Positions 10,125 to 17,046 of a stretch of DNA of 35,929 nucleotides are shown in pieces. The notes below the pieces were generated by a model. It searched no databases, was not told the DNA's origin, and was given only the letters and a program-made list of their open reading frames with translations. Source of the DNA: Ignavibacteria bacterium UBA6688. Lineage in GTDB: Bacteria > Bacteroidota > Ignavibacteria > UBA10030. Positions within the stretch are counted from its first letter, which is position 1; every line of letters begins with the position of its first letter. The translations under genes and the position numbers were made by a program. The stretch spans positions 1-35,929 of the forward strand of contig DKJQ01000037.1 of assembly GCA_002454845.1 (NCBI GenBank). Direction: 5' to 3'.

Positions 10125-10550
10125 TTACAGCGGCGTTGCTTCGAAGGTTCCCCCCGACGTTGGGCCCACAAACGTCACCCAGCTCCAGGTCCCTCTCCAC
10201 GCTCCGCGCTCCCACCGGCCGGAAAGGAGGACGTTATTGTCGGCCCAGCCGGGATTCAGATTGATCAGCATCTCGTTGTTGTGGATCGACCCTCCCAGCG
10301 TACCGGTCCCTGTTTGCGGTCCTGTCTCTTCGAACGAACCAATTTTCTCAAATGCCCACTCGCCGCTCACAGCGCCCTTGTCGTCGATCGCTATTGTCAA
10401 TGCTCCTGTCACGACCACACGGGTGTCGGGATCCGACGCTTTGTACAGATACACTCCGGGGGTCGGTTCGTGATTCGTGATCGCCGTGCCGCTGTCTTTG
10501 CATCCTGCAAGCAACGCACCCGCTACCAGGAGCATCATAGAAATCTTCAT
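10125..10550 (-). CDS. Hypothetical lipoprotein (beta-rich)
   Basis: [17 protein letters not shown] lipobox; GAGGT RBS; co-directional with its neighbours; Gly/Trp-rich beta-strand pattern. Confidence 0.75.
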   Translation of the reverse strand: MKISMMLLVAGALLAGCKDSGTAITNHEPTPGVYLYKASDPDTRVVVTGALTIAIDDKGAVSGEWAFEKIGSFEETGPQTGTGTLGGSIHNNEMLINLNPGWADNNVLLSGRWERGAWRGTWSWVTFVGPTSGGTFEATPL

Positions 10551-10619
10551 CGCCGGCACCTCTGAACAATCCTTATTCGGAATGTTTGTGAATATCCGCG
10601 AATGACTCACTCAATGTTC

Positions 10620-10702
10620 GCCCACGAAACACACGAACGACTGATGCTTGCGCGGTGTAGGACGACATCCTTTGTTTCGCGTATTGAGCGTGTTCCGTGG
10701 GC
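10620..10702. repeat. Intergenic imperfect inverted repeat of the CCCACGAAACAC type
   Basis: gcccacgaaacacac (10620-10634) versus gcgtgttccgtgggc (10688-10702): 13/15 complementary, and both mismatches become G-U pairs on the minus strand. Confidence 0.6.
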
Positions 10703-10799
10703 TGCTGGTACGCCCCAATAAACAAAAAATCCGCCTCGAAATCAACGAGCCGGAATTGCCCTTCCCCCACAAGGCAAGGGCACGCAAGAGTTAGTCCTG

Positions 10800-13103
10800 T
10801 TACCTGGAAGCGGTGATCCCTCTTTGTATCGAGGTCATGTTCCCCATGCGATCTGCCGCCTCAATGCTCACCGTATGCGAGCCTCGTCGGAGGGGATGAG
10901 CGCCTTCGTAGGTTACGCTCCTGAGTTCTGGGTCATATTCCACGGGGAGAAACTCACCGTTCAGAAGGACCTGGAGTTGTTGGGCATTGATCCCGGAACG
11001 GTTGTCGCGGAGCCGAAAGGAGATGCGGAGGGAGCCTCTCGCATAAGAGGTGCGGATGTTCGATATCTCCGGGGGAGTCTTGTCAGGAAGAAGGGCAAAT
11101 GCTCCGAGACATCTCCCGACGGTCCCTGCATACACCCCCGCTTCATTGCTTCCCTGCAGGAGCTCGTAACCCTTATCCTCCGAAAAAAAGAGCCCAAGTC
11201 GGTCGGATTCCCGGGCCGGGAGCGAAGCGTAGCGGACGGTGACAGCTTTGGCCAGGACCGTTTCCGAATGATGAATGGCATATCCTTCCAATGTCTTTTC
11301 AATCCAACAAACCAGGGGCGCGTAGATGCTCCGGGGTGGAAATACCGCTTGAAAGACGTCGTCGTCCGATACGATCGTGCCTCCGGTGGCAGGTTGGATC
11401 GCGAAGAGCGTCCATTCGTCGTGCACGGTGACAAGAGTCCCGTTCACGTCGATAGAGGCGTTGATGCGGAACGATCCGGACTCCGCTTCGGACCATGGAA
11501 ATGTAGCCGTGTATTCATCGATATCGAGCGCCACGGCTTCCGGTCTGAATCGGCGGTCGCCGGAAAGGATCTCGAAAGACGGTTTGCTCCGGATCGGCGA
11601 TCGGGAGGTCAATGTCAGGTGAAGGAAGCCATGTTCGTACGACTTCCGGAGTTTCAATGTTGAATTCCCGGTGCGGGCAACCGGGGTAAACAGGAACTCA
11701 GGTGCCGAGCGGGTGCCGAACGTGTTCTCCGCAACAACCTTCAAGGCCCCTATCTTCGAAAGGTCAATGGGGAGAGCGAATCCATGCCCGAGCGGTTCGA
11801 GGGCATCAAGAGAGATCGTCTGGTACCTCCATGCCGACTTCCCCTTCTGTTGTGACCCGATCGTGACCGATCGAATGGCGGCGGGATCCTTTATCTGGAG
11901 CACTGCGCGCATCCCGACCTGTTCGAGGGTAATCTGGGGCGCGTGATTGAAGATGACGGTCGTTGTCACCGTCGATCGGTTTCCCTGTACGTCCTCAGTC
12001 ACCACGCGTAGGAGATGCTTTCCTTCTGCATAGTCCGATGTCCGGATGATGCCCGCTCCCTCCGTTAACCGGTTGTAGAACGGCAGCCTGTTGCCTTCCG
12101 CGATGTAGAGCTTCTCGAATCGCCCTTTTCCTGAGCGGAGGAGATGCGCATCGTAGTGCATCGCGATCTGTTTGGATTCATACTCCGGGATACGGTCCTT
12201 CGCCGACGAGAAGATCATATGATCATCCAGGTAGAGCTCTAACCGGTGCGCGCCGGTACGGTAGCGCATCACATCGGATCGATCGGTCACGCGGACGCTG
12301 AGCCCCGTCGCGCCCGTAAGCCGGACCACTCCCCGGATGGTGTACTCACCGCCCCGGCCCCGTTGCACCTCTGTTGACCAGGTGCGGCGTTTTCCCTGGA
12401 TGACGGATTCATGATCGAGGGGTGAAAACGCCACGGCGTGGATGGTCGGTTTCACGTTGTCCTCAAGATGGGCCGCGATCGCCGGGAGGAGGAAGGGGTT
12501 GACGAGATTCATTCCCGCATCCCGTACCTCAAAATGCAGGTGGGCAGACCCTACGCCGGTATCGCCGGTGTACGCGATGACCTCTCCCTTCTTAAAAGAG
12601 AAAAGGGTCGAATCGATCTCCATGTCATGAGAGTATCGGCGTGATTGCTTTTGTATTCCCTTGATGTAGGAGTCGACTTCTTTCTGAAATTTTTGGAGAT
12701 GGGCGTAGGTCGTGATATATCCGTCGGCATGTCGGAGGTACAGCATCTTGCCGTAGCCGTAGGGGGAGATCCGGATCCGGAAGATATGACCGTCCCGTGA
12801 TGCATAGACCGGATATCCCTTTTGGTTATTTGTTGAAATATCAATGCCGCCATGAAAATGAGTCCGCCGGTAATCCCCGAATGAGGATGTAATGAACGTT
12901 CCCGCACGGGTGGGCCAGCGGTAATCCCCGATATCGGTTCGGAGAGAATCGAACGGGGCATAGATCGCTCCGATCCTGTTGAAGGAAAGGACGTCCGGCG
13001 TCAGGGATGAAGAAGGGGAGGGGAGGAAAAAAAGACCGGAAAGAAAAGGGAACAGGCCGCCAAGGAAGAGAAAACGCGTAAAACTTTTTTGCAGGCTTTT
13101 CAA
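10800..13103 (-). CDS. M23 family metallopeptidase with long C-terminal Ig-like extension
   Basis: ITSSFGDYRRTHFHGGIDI (HxxxD), GYGKML, YAHL, GDTGVGSAHLHFEVR (HxH). N-terminal hydrophobic segment. Probable TTG start at 13103 preceded by GGAGG. Confidence 0.88.
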   Translation of the reverse strand: MKSLQKSFTRFLFLGGLFPFLSGLFFLPSPSSSLTPDVLSFNRIGAIYAPFDSLRTDIGDYRWPTRAGTFITSSFGDYRRTHFHGGIDISTNNQKGYPVYASRDGHIFRIRISPYGYGKMLYLRHADGYITTYAHLQKFQKEVDSYIKGIQKQSRRYSHDMEIDSTLFSFKKGEVIAYTGDTGVGSAHLHFEVRDAGMNLVNPFLLPAIAAHLEDNVKPTIHAVAFSPLDHESVIQGKRRTWSTEVQRGRGGEYTIRGVVRLTGATGLSVRVTDRSDVMRYRTGAHRLELYLDDHMIFSSAKDRIPEYESKQIAMHYDAHLLRSGKGRFEKLYIAEGNRLPFYNRLTEGAGIIRTSDYAEGKHLLRVVTEDVQGNRSTVTTTVIFNHAPQITLEQVGMRAVLQIKDPAAIRSVTIGSQQKGKSAWRYQTISLDALEPLGHGFALPIDLSKIGALKVVAENTFGTRSAPEFLFTPVARTGNSTLKLRKSYEHGFLHLTLTSRSPIRSKPSFEILSGDRRFRPEAVALDIDEYTATFPWSEAESGSFRINASIDVNGTLVTVHDEWTLFAIQPATGGTIVSDDDVFQAVFPPRSIYAPLVCWIEKTLEGYAIHHSETVLAKAVTVRYASLPARESDRLGLFFSEDKGYELLQGSNEAGVYAGTVGRCLGAFALLPDKTPPEISNIRTSYARGSLRISFRLRDNRSGINAQQLQVLLNGEFLPVEYDPELRSVTYEGAHPLRRGSHTVSIEAADRMGNMTSIQRGITASR

Positions 13104-13135
13104 TACGCCTCCATTCTCCAACAGGATCCTCAAAA

Positions 13136-13256
13136 GCACTTCTGTTTTGCCACAAAGAGCCAGAAGTGTATGAACTGAGGGATGCCTTAGCATCCACCTC
13201 ATTGGCCTTCAATTCTGACAGTTGCGGTCGCAACTGTTGTGGTACGCCTTCGGCGG
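13136..13256. other. Cluster of four short hairpins in an intergenic region (REP-like cluster or structured leader)
   Basis: cacttctg/cagaagtg (13137-13168), tgagg-gatgc/gcatc-cctca (13176-13201), acagttgc/gcaactgt (13218-13237), cgcc-ttc-ggcg (~13245-13255). Confidence 0.5.
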
Positions 13257-13279
13257 TGGCAGGTTTTTTTCTCAGCCTG

Positions 13280-13657
13280 TTAAATCAGTTTGCCCAGAAT
13301 GTAACCAAGCGTGATCCCGATGAGCAGGATGACGGTGATAACGCGGTAGTTCAGTACCTCTTTGGAATAGCCTCGTTTAATGGCTACAATGGAAACCAAG
13401 TACCCGACGCCGTTCAGGAGCCATATGAACGGAAGGGTGAGCACCTGGGCCACGATGGGCCCGACGATGGGAATCAAGCCGATCCAGGCAATCAGTGCCG
13501 CGAAGGCTTGCCCCAGGATACCGACGATAACGACGACGAACGTGATAATGTCCCTGTCCACACTCAGGTAGAAACCGAGCTGAACAAGGATCGCGATCAC
13601 AAGCCATGTGATGATCGCGTCGCGATAGTTACTCAGGAATTGTTTGGCCTTGTTCAT
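13280..13657 (-). CDS. Hypothetical inner-membrane protein
   Basis: 125 aa, about four hydrophobic segments, 11 bp downstream of the FAH gene on the same strand. Confidence 0.8.
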   Translation of the reverse strand: MNKAKQFLSNYRDAIITWLVIAILVQLGFYLSVDRDIITFVVVIVGILGQAFAALIAWIGLIPIVGPIVAQVLTLPFIWLLNGVGYLVSIVAIKRGYSKEVLNYRVITVILLIGITLGYILGKLI

Positions 13658-13668
13658 TCCGGAGCGTG

Positions 13669-14340
13669 CTACCGAACCTGTATGCTCAACGCGGCCAGCG
13701 TTTTCCCCGTGGACGAGGAGAGGGTGGCTTCGAGTTTGTCCCCCGAAACGGCGCGGGCGACTCCTTCCGGCGTTCCTGTGAAGAAAATGTCTCCTGGCTC
13801 AAGCGTAATAAATTGCGAAATGTATGAAATCAAGGTGTCGATTTTGAAGATAAAATTCCTGGTAGAAGATTGCTGCCGTATGGTGCCGTTGACGGCGAGC
13901 ATCACATTCAGGGCATGAGGATCCGGAACTGTTGCGGCAGGGACAAAGGAGGAAAGGGGAGCGGAAGTGTCAAACCCTTTGGCCAAAGTCCAGGGGAGAC
14001 CTTTCTTCTTGGCCTCGGCCTGAACATCCCGCAATGTCATGTCCAATCCGATCCCGTACCCGGCAACATACTCCATGGCATCAGCCGGGGCGATGTTCCT
14101 TCCCCCTTTTCCCAGGAGGAAAGTCATTTCCACTTCATGGTGGAGATCGTCAGAGATGGGGGGAATGATGATCGTGCCGCCGTTTCCGATGATGGCCGTT
14201 GGCGGCTTGAGGAAGAACACTGGCGCCTTGGGGACCTCGGCATTCATTTCTTTTGCGTGATCCGCATAGTTTCGGCCGATACAGATGATCTTCCGGATTT
14301 CAAATTGTTCAGTGCTTCCCTGAAGGAGAGCAGTTCGCAT
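13669..14340 (-). CDS. Fumarylacetoacetate hydrolase (FAH/YcgM) family protein
   Basis: KIICIGRNYADH, FFLKP, LHHEVEM, GLDMTLRDVQ, WTLAKGFD, TLEPGDIFFTGTPEGV. ATG 14340 (alternative TTG 14358). Confidence 0.93.
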   Translation of the reverse strand: MRTALLQGSTEQFEIRKIICIGRNYADHAKEMNAEVPKAPVFFLKPPTAIIGNGGTIIIPPISDDLHHEVEMTFLLGKGGRNIAPADAMEYVAGYGIGLDMTLRDVQAEAKKKGLPWTLAKGFDTSAPLSSFVPAATVPDPHALNVMLAVNGTIRQQSSTRNFIFKIDTLISYISQFITLEPGDIFFTGTPEGVARAVSGDKLEATLSSSTGKTLAALSIQVR

Positions 14341-14378
14341 GGAGGTATGGTTATTCAATGTTCAGTTCTTCAATCTTC

Positions 14379-14407
14379 AATATAGGCAAGCCAGCCGACT
14401 TTCGCAA
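14379..14407 (-). promoter_or_regulatory. Putative sigma70-type promoter for the FAH operon
   Basis: Minus strand TTGCGA-17 nt-TATATT. Confidence 0.55.
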
Positions 14408-14419
14408 GAAAATCAGGAG

Positions 14420-14650
14420 GTGCCTCAGTTTCAGAGAAAAGGCATGACACACCCGACGGCCGTCGGGCAGGGAGAGACACCGATCCCAAAGGGACTCCTT
14501 CGGAGGGAGCACGGAGTTCCACAGAGAACAGGTTTTCCCTGTGGAACTCTCTTACCTTCTTCTTTTTTGTGGAACTCCCCGCCTGCCCCCAACTCAGCTT
14601 TGCGTGCGGCGGGCAGGTGTGAAATTCCTCAACCACGGAAACTGAGACAC
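14420..14650. mobile_element. MITE-like non-autonomous element, copy A (231 bp)
   Basis: 13-bp terminal inverted repeats GTGCCTCAGTTTC / GAAACTGAGACAC (12/13). It is the reverse complement of 28136-28298 with 8 substitutions plus an extra 68 bp (14551-14618). Confidence 0.8.
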
Positions 14651-14838
14651 TGCCGAAAATCACCCTCGGAGCTATCTAATTCGCCCCGACATGATGAGTT
14701 CATCGGCCCTCGCCGGACAGCCCGGGAAATTCCCTTCCGTGTCATCAGTGAGGATCGCCGGTTTGTCTCTCCCCCCTGTTGATGAATCGCAATATGACGG
14801 CGCTGAGCTCGAATTATTCCCCCGCGGCAAGAAACTTC

Positions 14839-14867
14839 TTGTTCAAAGAATTAAAAACCGGTATCTT
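14839..14867 (+). promoter_or_regulatory. Putative sigma70-type promoter for purM
   Basis: TTGTTC-17 nt-TATCTT ending 14 nt before the purM ATG. Confidence 0.5.
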
Positions 14868-14881
14868 ACTCGCAAACTTTT

Positions 14882-15892
14882 ATGATCTCCCACGTGAAAA
14901 CCTACAAAGCCGCCGGTGTTGATATTGAAGCCGGCGATGAGCTGGTTCGCAGGATTCGGTCCGACGTCCGGTCCACGTTTTCCCGCAACGTTCTGACCGA
15001 TATCGGAGCATTCGGAGCATTCTACCGTGCAAGCTTCCCGGGCATCAAGCGACCTGTGTTGGTCTCAAGTGTAGACGGGGTCGGGACCAAACTGAAGATC
15101 GCTTTCGCTATGAACAGCCATGCGACGGTCGGTCAGGATCTTGTTAACCATTGCGTGAACGACATCCTGGCTTGCGGAGCAAAGCCCCTCTACTTCATGG
15201 ACTATTTTGCGACGGGACGGCTTTCCCCTGTCGTCGCGGCGAAGGTCATTTCGGGATTTGTGAAAGCATGCAGGGAGAACGGCTGTTCTCTCATTGGCGG
15301 CGAGACGGCGGAGATGCCGGGGTTTTATGCCGATGGGGAGTACGATATCGCCGGAACGATTGTCGGGGTTGTCGATGAGCGAAAGATTGTCAATGGGAAA
15401 GCGATCAAACGCGGGGATGTGATGATCGGGCTTCCCTCGTCCGGTTTGCACACGAATGGATACTCGCTTGCCCGCGCCATCCTCTCGGAACGGTTCCCCC
15501 TCGATCGTCACGTCCCGGAGTTGGGCTCGACCTTCGGTGAAGCGTTGTTGCGTGTTCACCGATCGTACTTCAAAACTGTGTATCCGCTTCTGGCCAAATT
15601 CAAGGTGAAGGGCCTCGCGCATATCACCGGAGGGGGCATCGTAGGGAACACGCAGCGTGTGGTCCCCGCAGGATTGAAACCCTCGGTCGATTGGAACGCA
15701 TGGGAACGCCCCCCCCTGTTCCGCTTGCTTCAACAAGCCGGAAGTGTGCCTGAAGAAGATATGCGACGGACCTTCAACCTAGGGGTCGGGTTCATCCTGA
15801 TCGTGGGACCCCGGGATGCGGACAAGGTGTTGAACGCATTACGACGCAGGCGCACATCCCCCTTCGTCCTCGGGGAAATCGCCAAAGCATAA
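14882..15892 (+). CDS. purM: Phosphoribosylformylglycinamidine cyclo-ligase (AIR synthetase)
   Basis: TYKAAGVDI, DGVGTKLKIA, GQDLVNHCVND, LIGGETAEMPG, SSGLHTNGYSL, AHITGGG, RTFNLGVG. Confidence 0.97.
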   Translation: MISHVKTYKAAGVDIEAGDELVRRIRSDVRSTFSRNVLTDIGAFGAFYRASFPGIKRPVLVSSVDGVGTKLKIAFAMNSHATVGQDLVNHCVNDILACGAKPLYFMDYFATGRLSPVVAAKVISGFVKACRENGCSLIGGETAEMPGFYADGEYDIAGTIVGVVDERKIVNGKAIKRGDVMIGLPSSGLHTNGYSLARAILSERFPLDRHVPELGSTFGEALLRVHRSYFKTVYPLLAKFKVKGLAHITGGGIVGNTQRVVPAGLKPSVDWNAWERPPLFRLLQQAGSVPEEDMRRTFNLGVGFILIVGPRDADKVLNALRRRRTSPFVLGEIAKA

Positions 15893-15906
15893 ACGTGAGG
15901 AACCCG

Positions 15907-16392
15907 ATGGAACCGCGCATGGGTGACTATGCTTCCGTCGTCCAGATCATCCAGTTGATCCTGGCCCCCGCCGTGATGATCAACGCGTGCGGGTTGTTGC
16001 TGCTGGGGACGACGAGTAAATATTCCATCGTCCTGAACAGGGTCCGGTTGTTGAACGATGAGCGGCGGAAACTCGTCCGCCGGGCGGGGGAGAAGACATT
16101 TGAAGAGGCCACAAGGTTGGAAAGCCTGAACAGACAGATCGCCCGGCTGCTCCTCCGTGCCCGCTATGTGCGGAACACCGTCTTCTGCTATTCGCTGGCG
16201 ATAGGGCTCTTTCTGCTGACATCGTTGCTGATGGCGCTTGGGTATTTTGCCGAAGCGTTTAACTCCTCCCTGTCAGTGATGGTGCTGTTTCTTCTCGGGA
16301 TGGTCCTGGTCCTGTGCGCGGTACTGTTTGCCTTTCTCGATGCGAAACGTGGGTACGATATTGTCATGTTTGACGTTCAAGCGGATGAGTGA
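15907..16392 (+). CDS. DUF2721-like membrane protein
   Basis: IQLILAPAVMINACGLLL...RVRLL...R...L pattern with three hydrophobic segments. Start uncertain (15895, 15907 or 15919). Confidence 0.7.
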   Translation: MEPRMGDYASVVQIIQLILAPAVMINACGLLLLGTTSKYSIVLNRVRLLNDERRKLVRRAGEKTFEEATRLESLNRQIARLLLRARYVRNTVFCYSLAIGLFLLTSLLMALGYFAEAFNSSLSVMVLFLLGMVLVLCAVLFAFLDAKRGYDIVMFDVQADE

Positions 16393-16401
16393 GACCCGAC
16401 C

Positions 16402-16995
16402 ATGGACCCGACCGTTGTCCTTGATGTAGAGCCGGATTGCTTTCTCCGGTCTTTTGCCGTGAGCGATGCCGGTCGATTGTTCGAGCTCATCGACGCTCAG
16501 CGTTCTTTTCTTCGGACGTGGCTGCCGTGGCTCAACACGACCATGACCGTGAGCGACACCCGCATGGTTATCGAGACGGCTCTGCAACAGCAATCCGCGA
16601 ACAATGGTTTCCAGGCGGGACTCTGGAGTCATCAGCGACTCATCGGCGTGATTGGTTATCACCGCGTTGATTGGCCGAACCGCTCCACGAGCATCGGGTA
16701 TTGGTTGGGGGAGGAATTCCAGGGAGCGGGGATCATGACGAAAGCGTGCAGGTCGATGATCTCGTATGCTTTTGATGAATATCATTTGCACCGTGTGGAG
16801 ATTCGCTGCGCCGAACAGAACCTCAGGAGCCGCGCCATACCGGAACGGTTGGGGTTCCGACCGGAAGGGAAAATCCGGGAAGCAGAATGGCTCTACAATC
16901 ATTATGTCGATCACATTGTGTACGGTATGCTGGCCCCGGACTGGTATGTACGGGAATTAAGAAATCAGGCGTCAATCCCGGGAGTGACGCGATGA
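16402..16995 (+). CDS. GNAT N-acetyltransferase, RimJ/RimL (YdaF-like)
   Basis: LRTWLPW, SIGYWLGEEFQGAGIMT, LHRVEIRC, NLRSRAIPERLGF..EG..R.AEWL. Confidence 0.92.
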   Translation: MDPTVVLDVEPDCFLRSFAVSDAGRLFELIDAQRSFLRTWLPWLNTTMTVSDTRMVIETALQQQSANNGFQAGLWSHQRLIGVIGYHRVDWPNRSTSIGYWLGEEFQGAGIMTKACRSMISYAFDEYHLHRVEIRCAEQNLRSRAIPERLGFRPEGKIREAEWLYNHYVDHIVYGMLAPDWYVRELRNQASIPGVTR

Positions 16996-17046
16996 CGTTG
17001 CATGAAGTCCAAAGGAGCACCCTTGAATTTTTTGCTGCGCAGAACT

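Noticed and set aside
10054-10215. N-terminal extension of valS; similar extensions for osmC, M23 and 19620-20696
   Set aside because: They overlap neighbouring genes or intergenic DNA and precede the conserved N-termini.
10573-10770. 65-aa ORF between the M23 gene and the lipoprotein
   Set aside because: It runs across the palindromic repeat, with no convincing RBS or motif.
14420-14650. CRISPR or integron attC interpretation of the repeats
   Set aside because: No regularly spaced direct repeats with unique spacers, no cas or integrase gene, and no RYYYAAC/GTTRRRY ends.
14685-14780. Glycine-riboswitch-like words on the minus strand (GGAGAGA...CACGGAAGG...AACTCATCA) and a CTGATGA hammerhead-like core
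   Set aside because: Key consensus positions (CCGAAG, CUCUCAGG; GAAA after stem II) and supporting helices are missing. About 160 bp here remain unexplained.
14339-14782. 147-aa ORF sharing the peptide [31 protein letters not shown] with ORF 28164-28373
   Set aside because: The shared peptide is just the translated MITE; no RBS and no protein-like composition.
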